Of a stretch of DNA of 64,000 bases, positions 39,027 through 48,086 are shown piece by piece; positions within the stretch are counted from its first letter, which is position 1; each line of letters opens with the position of its first letter. Below the pieces are notes generated by a model. That model was not told the origin of the DNA. It ran no database searches and was given only the letters and a program-made list of their open reading frames with translations. Where the stretch lies: IMG/VR virus record IMGVR_UViG_3300025000_002059, positions 1 to 64,000 of that record. One strand, given 5' to 3'. The stretch is from a virus. A program made the translations under genes and the position numbers.

Positions 39027-39299
39027 AATGGAAAAGACTAGGTATATTATTACCAACTACTTGTCCGAAACATGTGATATAATGGCGGAAAGAAGAATAA
39101 AGCGAAAACCTCCAAGGACGGTAATCCTTGAAGGCTTTCTGGTCGAAGCATTGCCACCAGCAACGCTAAGATTTCAATATGGGAAATTGATACTTTTATT
39201 ATATCATTTCATGGTACAAAGTATCAAGGTAAATATTTGGAATTTTAAGCTGTCTGGCGAATGCGTTAGATAGCTTTTTATATTTGGAGGAAAGATGAG

Positions 39300-39575
39300 A
39301 TGTTGATGAAAATATCCAAGGATCAAAATTTAAGCATAGAAGCAAAGGGATTATATTTATATTTCTATTCATTTACGAAAAGTGGTCATGATGAATTTCC
39401 TTATGTAGGAGAGATACTTGAGGATTTAGGGATAAGCAAAACTAGATATTATAAGCATTTAAAATTATTGATTAATTCAGGGTATTTGAGACTAGGGCAA
39501 GATAAATTATCTGGAAAATATATAAGTAATTTTTATGAAGTTGTAATGAAGTATTCATTGGAGGGTAACAGATAA
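39300..39575 (+). CDS. Replication-initiator-type winged HTH protein
   Basis: LSIEAKGLY.Y...FP....I..DLGIS..RYYKHLK.L...GYL. Confidence 0.7.
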   Translation: MLMKISKDQNLSIEAKGLYLYFYSFTKSGHDEFPYVGEILEDLGISKTRYYKHLKLLINSGYLRLGQDKLSGKYISNFYEVVMKYSLEGNR

Positions 39576-39967
39576 TGTTTAGATTACCCAAACCGCAGAA
39601 AAATTATACAGAGGTGCCCAATGTAGTTTTTGATTTAGTAATTCCAAATATAACAAATCTTTCTGCATTGAAATGTTATCTTATTCTCATAAGAAAAACT
39701 TGGGGATGGGGTAAAATTGGTGATTGGATTTCAATGTCGCAAATAGTTAAATTAACAAAACTTGCACGGTCTAGTGCTGTTGTAGGAATGAAATGGTTAG
39801 AAGATAATGGATACATCTGGTCAGCAAAAGCTGGAATTCCGGGAAAAGAAAAAATTATGTATTTCTTGTGTTCAGAGGAAAATGAACTCATGGAAAGATC
39901 AGTTAAAGAAGGAATAATAAAGCCGGATAAATTATTTGAGCTTATGATGAAAGAACGAAAAGAATGA
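39575..39967 (+). CDS. Replication protein (lambda O-like N-terminal domain)
   Basis: NYTEVPN, LIRKTWGW.K..DWIS.SQ motifs. Confidence 0.75.
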   Translation: MFRLPKPQKNYTEVPNVVFDLVIPNITNLSALKCYLILIRKTWGWGKIGDWISMSQIVKLTKLARSSAVVGMKWLEDNGYIWSAKAGIPGKEKIMYFLCSEENELMERSVKEGIIKPDKLFELMMKERKE

Positions 39968-39968
39968 G

Positions 39969-40056
39969 TTATCCACAACCAGTCCGGAATTCGGATAGGT
40001 ATACTTATCCACAACCAGTCCGAATTCAATACCCCCCCAGTCCGGAATTCGGACAC
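39969..40056 (+). repeat. Putative replication origin: two DnaA boxes and three iterons
   Basis: TTATCCACA at 39969 and 40005; CCAGTCC(G)GAATTC three times. Confidence 0.7.
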
Positions 40057-40123
40057 ACAAAAGAAACCTATACAAGGTTTATACATCCTAATAATAATGA
40101 GAAAAAACTAAGGAGAAAAATTA

Positions 40124-40513
40124 ATGGAACCATACACAAAGGAAATGATCACATGGGCACGGCACTTGGATGTGGTCAAGCTGAGAAAGAGAATCGGATA
40201 CTTGCCCGGATACGTTGTGCTTAGGCTATACCAAAACTTAACTGAAGATGAGAAGGAAGAAGTGAGAATCAATGTAGGTTTCTCCAAGGACCGCAAGCGA
40301 TTTTACATAAGAGTAATCGAGAGAGGTGTTAAACTTTCAGAAGTTGGTGACGGAAGGGGAAGGATGGCAAAAACATTCTGTCTTCAGGCGATAAGGCGTC
40401 AATTTGGAGATGAGATCATCGGAGAGTACAAACTGCTCGAAGAAGCCGGATTTGACGATGATAAAATCCTAGCTTTTGAAAAAATAGAAGAGTCGGAATT
40501 AGACGAAATATAG
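40124..40513 (+). CDS. Hypothetical protein
   Basis: AGGAG RBS and intact ORF. Confidence 0.5.
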   Translation: MEPYTKEMITWARHLDVVKLRKRIGYLPGYVVLRLYQNLTEDEKEEVRINVGFSKDRKRFYIRVIERGVKLSEVGDGRGRMAKTFCLQAIRRQFGDEIIGEYKLLEEAGFDDDKILAFEKIEESELDEI

Positions 40514-40599
40514 GAGATAATGAAAATAATTTCCGTTGATGAAAATTCTTACACATGGTATACTAGGACAAGATACAGAATTGAAAGGAAGTTGAATTA

Positions 40600-41004
40600 A
40601 TGTCAAAATTTGAAGGCTTGGATAGTTTGTTCGAATTAATTAGTAATTCAATAACAGATTCGCAGTATGACAAGGTGACAATCGGTAAGATTTCAGAAAA
40701 TCTTAGGGTTCGATTTGCTAAGATGGGCAAGGAAAAAGAAATGATCGCAAGGGAAATGAAGACTAGAAAAGAAATACTCGAAGCGGAAATGGAGCTGAAA
40801 CTATTCAAGGAATTCAGTGAACGAATAGAAGCGCACAGTGACGAAAAGGATGCTTGCTGGCTGGCGGCATCTAGGGAACTAAATATTCCAGAGGAAGGAC
40901 GTTATTCTTGTAATTTCAAAGACGGAACGATTAGCGAGAAAGTGACCAAAAAAGATGTGCCAGATAATCCATTCACGAATCCAAATAAGAAGAAAAGATG
41001 GTAA
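40600..41004 (+). CDS. Hypothetical coiled-coil protein
   Basis: Intact ORF. Confidence 0.5.
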   Translation: MSKFEGLDSLFELISNSITDSQYDKVTIGKISENLRVRFAKMGKEKEMIAREMKTRKEILEAEMELKLFKEFSERIEAHSDEKDACWLAASRELNIPEEGRYSCNFKDGTISEKVTKKDVPDNPFTNPNKKKRW

Positions 41005-41007
41005 AAC

Positions 41008-41205
41008 ATGATCAATATGATGCTTGCGAGAAGAAGGAGTAAGCTAACCCAGAAGCAACTAGCTAAAAAAGTGGGGATAAGCAACATCCAAATAAGCCGA
41101 TTCGAGACTGGAATATCGAGTCCAAAAGCGGATTTGCTACAGAAAATAGCGGTTGAGCTTGGAGTTAGTCTGGATTACCTAATGCAAGGGAGAAATGAAG
41201 AATGA
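41008..41205 (+). CDS. Xre-family HTH regulator
   Basis: LTQKQLAKKVGIS..QISRFETG..SP...LGVSLDYL. Confidence 0.9.
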   Translation: MINMMLARRRSKLTQKQLAKKVGISNIQISRFETGISSPKADLLQKIAVELGVSLDYLMQGRNEE

Positions 41206-41501
41206 TGCTAGTTAATGGAACTCCGGCTATTGCAGATATTAAGAGTCAGTGTTCAATTATTCCCGGATTTGAATTTAACTACATCGCTTACAAGGGGAAA
41301 GTATTGTGGAGCACGGTATCGGCATCGCTTGATGATTATTTCATTTATCTTTATGACGGACCAAATTATAAAAATGGGTGGGATCCATATACGGTAGCCT
41401 GCGTAGATGAACACGGTGATCTGTTTTACTACGGTCGCTGGACGAAATTAAAAAATGCACTTGCATGGCTTGCGGATCCAAACATGCCAGAAAGGGACTA
41501 A
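41202..41501 (+). CDS. Hypothetical protein
   Basis: Translationally coupled ORF. Confidence 0.45.
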   Translation: MMLVNGTPAIADIKSQCSIIPGFEFNYIAYKGKVLWSTVSASLDDYFIYLYDGPNYKNGWDPYTVACVDEHGDLFYYGRWTKLKNALAWLADPNMPERD

Positions 41502-41506
41502 AGCAA

Positions 41507-42268
41507 TTGGAGACACTAGCGGTAATAAACCAAAAGGGCGGCGTAGCCAAAACTACAACGAGCGTGAATATGGCGGCCATAATAGCCGCCATGGGATTCA
41601 AGACATTACTTATTGATGTGGATCCGCAAGCTAATCTTTCCCAATCCTTGGGCATTGTTGCCTTTGATATGGGAACACCTAATCTTTTCGAGGATCCGAA
41701 AATAACACTTAGCAAGTGCGTTAATGAAACAAGCATAACGAAATTATCCATTATTCCATCGGACCTATCACTAGCACAAGTTGAATGGGAACTTTTGAAA
41801 ACATTTAAAGGCACCAATACTTCTATTCTGCGAGACAAGATCAAGGCAAGTGAGGAAGAATTTGATTATTGCATTATCGACTGCCCGCCAAGCTTAGGAA
41901 TTTTCAGCCTTAATGCGCTCATTGCAGCGGACCGTGTGCTTATCCCGGTTGGTCTTGATCCGTTCGGATTGATTGGAATAAAGTATCTAGTGAGCACGAT
42001 CACTGATATCAGAATGAGTATAAACAAGCATCTCAAAATTCTGGGCATTGCACGGACCATGTGGGATATGCGGCAGAGACTTGGACGAGAAATCAGCGAA
42101 AGTATGGAAAAGGATTATCCGGGAAAAGTCCTTGAGACGATTATAAAAATGAATGTAAGCGTCAAGGAAAGTGCTGTTGCCCAAATGCCACTGGTCATTT
42201 ATGAGCCAAATGCTCCGGCTGCGCTGCAATACATTCAATTAACGAATGAAGTGTTACAGAGATGGTGA
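41507..42268 (+). CDS. parA: ParA/Soj partition ATPase
   Basis: NQKGGVAKTT, LLIDVDPQANL and IIDCPPSLG. Confidence 0.93.
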   Translation: METLAVINQKGGVAKTTTSVNMAAIIAAMGFKTLLIDVDPQANLSQSLGIVAFDMGTPNLFEDPKITLSKCVNETSITKLSIIPSDLSLAQVEWELLKTFKGTNTSILRDKIKASEEEFDYCIIDCPPSLGIFSLNALIAADRVLIPVGLDPFGLIGIKYLVSTITDIRMSINKHLKILGIARTMWDMRQRLGREISESMEKDYPGKVLETIIKMNVSVKESAVAQMPLVIYEPNAPAALQYIQLTNEVLQRW

Positions 42269-42543
42269 GAAAACAGGGTAGGCCAAATATTCAAGCAATG
42301 CTGGAAGGAATCGATCTGGATAATAAGGAAGTACAGGAAGAAAAGCCAGATAAGTCAGAGGTAGAAGCGATAGCTGAACCGGACTTAAATGAAAAACTAA
42401 AGCGATGCTATGTAGTAACAGGATTTCATCTTGAAAAAATAATGCTTCTAAAGACCAAAAAATACAGAAAATATGATATGAGCGAAATTGTCTGTATGGC
42501 GATTGATTCATTTTTTGAAAAAGAAATGAACGGAGAGAAGTAA
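42262..42543 (+). CDS. Small partition adaptor (type Ib ParG/omega-like)
   Basis: 93 aa overlapping parA; disordered N-terminus and C-terminal RHH-like MSEIV.MAID.FF. Confidence 0.6.
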   Translation: MVRKQGRPNIQAMLEGIDLDNKEVQEEKPDKSEVEAIAEPDLNEKLKRCYVVTGFHLEKIMLLKTKKYRKYDMSEIVCMAIDSFFEKEMNGEK

Positions 42544-42549
42544 TACAAT

Positions 42550-43308
42550 ATGATTGAAGAAATAGATGACCAAATATTTACCATGACAAGTGATCTCTCG
42601 GATGAAGAACTGGTCGATTTTGCAGCTGGGATATTTAAGAGCAATTGGAAAACATCATACGATTACCAGAAAACGGATCCTATTATATTTCAAAGCTTGC
42701 CGATCGATGGGAAAATACTTAAGCATACCGATTTTTTGTCTTCGGCTGTTTATATATCAGAACTAACACAAAAGGCATTATCCTATAGATGGAATGAGAT
42801 AGGAGGTCTAGCCGGGAAAGAACTGAAGGAGTGGGATGCCAATGGCGGCCTTTGTATTTATCTATCCATTTTGCATTTTTGTTTACTGCTGGAAAGCAAA
42901 GCCGTAAAAGAGAATGAACTATGCTTAGTCCAAGGATTTTATAGGCATCCAACACACGGAATACTCAGTATATTCTCAAATCTGGGAACTCAATGCGGAG
43001 TTCATGCCTTTATAAGCGTTCAGGGAGCGGTTGTTGATTTTTCGATACAGCAAGAAGCATCAACGTTCGAATTTGGAGAAAAAGAATTCATTATTGGCGA
43101 TATCCCAGATGAGATGGAGATGGTCGGCTGGACAGAAGGAAAGCATTTAGTCAAGCAATATGCGCGTGAGATAGCCCGGAGCAGCGGACTTAATTATTTT
43201 GAATGGATTGAACAGCACAAAATCAATTCATATAAACTTGCAAGCAAAGAACTTAACAAAGAGCTTGTAAGGCTTAAAAGATTATATAAAAGTTTGGAGG
43301 ATGAATGA
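42550..43308 (+). CDS. Hypothetical protein (possible papain/transglutaminase-like fold)
   Basis: GLC, VHAF and VVD could form a Cys-His-Asp triad; 3 bp upstream of the tas-like gene. Confidence 0.4.
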   Translation: MIEEIDDQIFTMTSDLSDEELVDFAAGIFKSNWKTSYDYQKTDPIIFQSLPIDGKILKHTDFLSSAVYISELTQKALSYRWNEIGGLAGKELKEWDANGGLCIYLSILHFCLLLESKAVKENELCLVQGFYRHPTHGILSIFSNLGTQCGVHAFISVQGAVVDFSIQQEASTFEFGEKEFIIGDIPDEMEMVGWTEGKHLVKQYAREIARSSGLNYFEWIEQHKINSYKLASKELNKELVRLKRLYKSLEDE

Positions 43309-43311
43309 GCG

Positions 43312-44367
43312 ATGGCTAGGAAAAAGAATGAAGAAGAAGTCACCCTAACCAATCAGGAAATGATTCAAAAAGAAGAGCGCCATAGAAAAGATTTAGAAAA
43401 TAAACTAAAGGCATCGGAAGCATCAGCGGAAGATCAGAAACAATTTACTCCCTTGGTCAAACTTACTAAGGATTTAAGAAGCGCAAGCCGGACATTGAAT
43501 CCACAAGAAGCCCGGTATCTAGTGGACAGGTACTACCAAATCCAACAATACCGGACCAGCGCCAAGAATCAGATTAGAGCATCGGAAAGCGAAGAACCAA
43601 ATGAAGTTATTGTCTGGTTTGCAGAGAACTTTGAGGAACTGGAGAAGAACATAAAAAAGGCGCTGGATGCTTATACGAGTAGTCATCCGGTCGGAGCTTG
43701 GGCCAAATCGGTGATCGGCGTAGGTCCGACATTCGCAGCCGGGCTTCTAGCGCACATTGATGCGAAGAAAGCACCAACAGCCGGAGCCGTGTGGAGTTAC
43801 GCAGGATATAATCCAAGTGTTGAATGGTTAAAAGGTCAGAAGCGTCCATGGAATGCTGATTTAAAAAAACTATGTTATCTCATAGGTGAATCATTTGTAA
43901 AGGTTTCCAATAATCCTAAAGATATCTATGGTAAATTATATCGCCAAAGAAAAGATCAGGAGATAGCGAAGAATATAGCGGGAGAATTTGCGGAACAAGC
44001 AATATCAAAGCTGGAGAAATTCAAGATAGGTAAAGATACTGATGCTTACATATGGTATGCAGGATGTCTGACTGAAGATAAAGCCAGAGCAATTCTTCTG
44101 GGTGAAAAATCCGGATCAGCCAAAAGTCTAGCGGGAGAAAAGGATTCTGGGATTCGTATGCTTCCACCAGCACATATCAACGAGCGGTCCAAGCGATATG
44201 CTGTTAAAATATTCCTAGCCCATTTTCATGAGGTCTTATTTGAATATGAATTTGGGACCAAGCCACCAAATCCATATGCTATCTCAATCCTGGGACATGC
44301 ACATAAGCTGGAAGTTCCAAACTATGAAGTATTTAAAAAAGCGATGGAAGAAGATCCGTCACTATAG
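43312..44367 (+). CDS. TasA-like Nop-domain RNA-binding protein (IS110 C-terminal-related; no RuvC or HNH domain)
   Basis: Coiled coil, then SVIGVGP..AAGLLA.I, AVWSYAGY, WN..LK, YGKLY..RK and H...RSKRYAVKIFL; no DEDD domain; TIGR-like array begins at its stop codon. Confidence 0.8.
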   Translation: MARKKNEEEVTLTNQEMIQKEERHRKDLENKLKASEASAEDQKQFTPLVKLTKDLRSASRTLNPQEARYLVDRYYQIQQYRTSAKNQIRASESEEPNEVIVWFAENFEELEKNIKKALDAYTSSHPVGAWAKSVIGVGPTFAAGLLAHIDAKKAPTAGAVWSYAGYNPSVEWLKGQKRPWNADLKKLCYLIGESFVKVSNNPKDIYGKLYRQRKDQEIAKNIAGEFAEQAISKLEKFKIGKDTDAYIWYAGCLTEDKARAILLGEKSGSAKSLAGEKDSGIRMLPPAHINERSKRYAVKIFLAHFHEVLFEYEFGTKPPNPYAISILGHAHKLEVPNYEVFKKAMEEDPSL

Positions 44368-45107
44368 CCAAGTTACTTTGATTTTAAACAAAGCCATTGA
44401 GCGAACCATCAGACAAGAGAGTATCAACAATAGAAGAGTGAGCCAACAAGCGTGAGCTAATTGCATCCCATAAAAGCGAGCCACTAACCATGAATTATGC
44501 AACGAAAGAAAGCGAGCCATAGCAACAGATTACCCCATCTCGACGAGAGCGAGCCAATGGTCTATGAAAGCAGAATTGACCATCAAACAAGAGTGAACCG
44601 TGTGCAAAGATTGTATCAATTAGGAGAAGTGAGTCATTAGATTAGAATAGCACCATATCCGCAAAGCGAGCCGTTAGATCAGAAATTTATTTTATTCATT
44701 CCCATTGAGTGAGCCAAGAGCCAAGGTATACGAAAGCACCAACAACAACGAGCGAGTCATCCGATATGAAATTAGATACAAATGCGTTGAGCGATCCAAA
44801 ATGAATTGTAGCGAAACAAAGCGAACCATGGGTATGGAGAAATACCATTTATCTCCGAGTGAACCAAAAAATTAGAATAAATCGCCAAAGTAGAGTGAGC
44901 CATATGAAATAGATTAAATCACACTCTAAGAGCGAGCCAAGCTAACTTAATATAAAATGAACGAACCAGAATGCTTGATTGGGACAAAAATAACGAGTGA
45001 GCCACTAAAGGGAATTATAATATTTAATCAAAAAATGCAATGAGCGAAACAAAATATTTTGATCGAACCATTATAAAGGAGATATTCCGGGGATAACGAG
45101 TGAGTCA
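44366..45107 (+). ncRNA. TIGR-like dual-repeat array, block 1a (about 20 units)
   Basis: Example: AACCA-tcagacaa-GAGAGTATCA-acaatagaa-GAGTG|AGCCA-acaagcgt-GAGCTAATTGCA-tcccataa-AAGCG|AGCCA; period about 36 nt. Confidence 0.85.
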
Positions 45108-45118
45108 TGCAGGAAAGC

Positions 45119-45402
45119 GTGATGGGATGTTGGCTTAGAAGCAGCCATGGCTGGAAGGCTGATTGCTTTATGCAATCCATCTAAGGAGTGGGGCGATGGC
45201 TATTTGTGACTTGATTGTTTTTCCACATTATTAGCAATCTGAACCCGATGAGGGAAAATGAATGTGGTAGTGTTACGATGATACCGATGCATTTGTAGTG
45301 ACAAGGTAACATAAAAGCTGCAAATGAAGGAAAGCGTATAGCTTGGGAGTTGCTTTAGAGTTACACTTGGTTATCCCTTTTGGCGTAATAGCACACCATC
45401 AC
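45119..45402 (+). ncRNA. Structured RNA mimicking 23S rRNA H43/H44 (L11-binding GTPase centre)
   Basis: GGATGTTGGCTTAGAAGCAGCCA (45125-45147), CATCTAAGGAGT (45178-45189) and GCGTAATAGCACAC (45383-45396), closed by GTGATGG/CCATCAC. Confidence 0.7.
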
Positions 45403-45404
45403 AT

Positions 45405-46251
45405 GAGTCATGCGGAATGATTGAACGAAATAGTGAGTGAACCATCAATAATGACCGGAACATTGTGTCAGAGTGAGCCACGATATAAGAATAGCAACAT
45501 TAATAGTTGGAGCGAACCAATCAAGCCGAAAATTAACATTCCCTATGAGTGAGTCAGGTATATTTATGAAAAATATGAACGAGTCGAAGGAAGTAAGGGT
45601 ACCAATCTCATAGAGCGAGCCATAAGGAATAATGGCAACATCACAGGAAAGCGAACCACTAATAGCGAGTTACATCATTATACGAGAGTGAACCGTCAGA
45701 AGCGAAACTAAGTATCATATATTCAGAGTGAATCGGGATATTGGAGAGCACCACACATACTGAGTGAATCAGGACTATGGAAAGCAGCAGATAAGCCGAG
45801 TGAGCCGAATAATGGGATAGCACCACGCTGGTTAAGCGAGCCATTGAAGGAAATAGGATCAGAAATGCAGAGCGAGCCGCAGGATGTAAAAGCACAATAA
45901 AAAGAGAGCGAGCCAGACCAACCGAAAGCAGTATTGAGCGAGAGCGAGCCAGAGGAAAAAGATTAATTCATTGCAGGACAACGAGCCATAACTACAGATT
46001 AACGACAAGATTATAAGAGCGAACCAAAATCACGCTTAAATAAAATTGAAACATTAGCGAGTGAGTCATAGGACTTGATTGAATCACCCCATCGGAGCGA
46101 TCCATATTAAGCGAGAATAACCAGCGTAGGTTGAGTGAGCCAAATGGAAGCGAGAGTACCAATTGCATAGAGTGAGCCAGAACTGGTGATTAAAATCATT
46201 AATGCGAGAGCGAACCATGGCAAGAGAGGACCACAAATATAGAGTGATTCA
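45405..46251 (+). ncRNA. TIGR-like array, block 1b (about 23 units by length)
   Basis: Example: AGCCA-aatggaagc-GAGAGTACCA-attgcata-GAGTG|AGCCA. Confidence 0.85.
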
Positions 46252-46268
46252 AAAGCGAGGAATTATCG

Positions 46269-46553
46269 ATGAGAGATTTAATCAGTTATGATGAGATGCT
46301 AGAAAACAAGGATAAGCTAAAAACCATATTCCTCGATTTCAAGGCACGGTATTATGCTTTGGGCAAGAAGCAGAATGGAAAATTTAAAACGAGTGATCTT
46401 GACCGATTAATCCGGGAGACGATCGCAGAATTAAAAGGCAAAGAAAAACTTATTGCCGAAGGATTTCTGGAATTCGTGCTGGGATTTTTATTCAACAGCT
46501 CGTGGGATTCTACGAAGGCTTTTAATTCTGTAGATAAAATGTTTAACTGGTAG
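46269..46553 (+). CDS. Hypothetical protein embedded between array blocks
   Basis: GAGG RBS; flanked by TIGR-like repeats. Confidence 0.6.
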   Translation: MRDLISYDEMLENKDKLKTIFLDFKARYYALGKKQNGKFKTSDLDRLIRETIAELKGKEKLIAEGFLEFVLGFLFNSSWDSTKAFNSVDKMFNW

Positions 46554-46561
46554 ATAAATTT

Positions 46562-46992
46562 AGCCAAAACAGATGATAGTATCACGGCATCCAAGCGAAC
46601 CATTGACTATCGCCGGAAAGCGAGCCAATTCACACGACTAAAAACAAGATACTGAAGCGAACCAGAGGAAAAGACTATTTCATTACAGGAAAGTGAGCCG
46701 GACCAATTGATAAATACATTAAATGAGAGTGAGCCACGGTTAGGGACAATTTCAATTATTAGAAGCGAGTCAAACAGATAAGATTTCCATTTAAAGAGAG
46801 CGATCCATTTCAGATGACAGTAACAGCCTTTACGAGTGAGCCAGAAAATAGGATAGCATCATTATGCGAAAGCGAGCCAAGTGCATGAAGATATAAACCA
46901 TTAAACGAGATCGAACCAGTAGACAAGGAAAGTATCATGATCATAAAGTGAGCCAAACACCATGATTAGTAACATTATGGACAAGCGGACTA
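46562..46992 (+). ncRNA. TIGR-like array, block 2 (about 12 units)
   Basis: Same edge and loop repeats, e.g. AGCCA-aaacagat-GATAGTATCA-cggcatcc-AAGCG|AACCA. Confidence 0.85.
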
Positions 46993-47016
46993 ATACACCC
47001 TTGGGAGGTGGAACGA

Positions 47017-47454
47017 TTGGACCACGAAATATCATACCCAGAAAAGAAATGTCCCGGATGCGGAAATGATAATCTACTGGATGGACCGCGAGGTGGACTA
47101 TCTCAAAATGTCTTATGCCCGGAATGCCAAAGAGAATGGAACTATGGACCATTTGGGTATGAAGAAATCAGCCCGGCACGAACATACTTATACCGAGTTG
47201 TGTCTCCAAAACTTGATCTGCGGATCATCCCAGTAGGATGCAAGCCGGGATGCTGTGGGGAAACATATCCATGCATTGATGAGGTAGCCATGATTATAGA
47301 ACAGGGCAATCTTGCCTTTATGATTCACGGCGAGCACGTTAAGGAGCAGTTAGAGAAACTAGAATACAGAATTGATGTAACGAGTCATAACAACATACCG
47401 ATTGGAATGTATATATCTGAAAAGGGATCAAAAAGCGTGTACGAAAGATTTTAG
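47017..47454 (+). CDS. Zinc-ribbon protein embedded between array blocks
   Basis: CPGCG..LLDGPRGGLSQNVLCPEC; GGAGG RBS. Confidence 0.6.
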   Translation: MDHEISYPEKKCPGCGNDNLLDGPRGGLSQNVLCPECQREWNYGPFGYEEISPARTYLYRVVSPKLDLRIIPVGCKPGCCGETYPCIDEVAMIIEQGNLAFMIHGEHVKEQLEKLEYRIDVTSHNNIPIGMYISEKGSKSVYERF

Positions 47455-47672
47455 CCAGCACATGAGAAAATCCAGAGATCGTGAGCGAATCAATTGATGA
47501 AAAAAGCAACATTACTCCGGAGTGAACCGATTGAAATGATGATCCATTGACCAAGAGTGAGCCAATATCTATGAGCCACCCAATTTAAAGTAGCGAGCCA
47601 TCCCAAAGGATTTTTCAATTCCACGGAAGCGAGCCATTATAAGGCGATATTTCAGTCCACGGGAGCGATCCA
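47453..47672 (+). ncRNA. TIGR-like array, block 3 (about 6 units)
   Basis: Starts at the TAG of the upstream ORF; same repeats. Confidence 0.8.
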
Positions 47673-47711
47673 ATTCACCAGTCTAATATTTCTTGGAGTG
47701 AAAATATTTTT

Positions 47712-48086
47712 ATGGATAGACTGCGAAATGAGCGAAAGGCCAACGGTTTATGTGCTCAATGTGGAACTAAACTTGATAGGATTGGGAGATATTGCAAAAA
47801 ATGCAATACTTCAGGGAATATTAATAAGCACAAACGTTGCCTAAAGCTTTATGCAATCGGTTTATGTACTACTTGCGCTGAGCCATTAGACAGAGATGGT
47901 TGGTTTTGCTCAAGGTGTGCAAACAACTTAAAACTTAGGGCAAGAGTTAGAGACACAGAAAGAAGATTAAAAGGATTATGCGTTCAGTGTGGCGCTTGGG
48001 CAGATGGGTATTCCTATTGCCAACGCTGCAGGGATATGAGGATGGAGAGATATCACTCAAAGAAAAGGTCCATTCACCAAGAGTGA
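47712..48086 (+). CDS. Multi zinc-finger protein embedded between array blocks
   Basis: Three repeats of GLCxxC...CxxC. Confidence 0.7.
   Translation: MDRLRNERKANGLCAQCGTKLDRIGRYCKKCNTSGNINKHKRCLKLYAIGLCTTCAEPLDRDGWFCSRCANNLKLRARVRDTERRLKGLCVQCGAWADGYSYCQRCRDMRMERYHSKKRSIHQE

Noticed and set aside
39028-39273. 81-aa ORF
   Set aside because: It has no RBS and overlaps a promoter and structured leader
39964-40224. 86-aa ORF with YPQPVR repeats
   Set aside because: The repeats are the DnaA-box/iteron DNA, so this is more likely an origin than a gene, although a frameshifted Rep C-terminus is possible
43312-44367. IS110 transposase / insertion sequence
   Set aside because: It lacks the N-terminal DEDD RuvC domain and the catalytic SG loop, and the adjacent dual-repeat array fits a Tas protein better
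45190-45382. Group I intron (insert follows a U and ends in G)
   Set aside because: No recognisable P7 or J8/7 core sequences by eye; not excluded without a covariance-model search
45119-45402. True rRNA gene fragment or assembly chimera
   Set aside because: Only about 50 nt match, in three pieces; the closing helix is non-rRNA and the substitutions are compensatory
45659-45895. Minus-strand ORF, and ORF 44228-44455
   Set aside because: These fall on or run into array repeats and have no RBS or protein-like features
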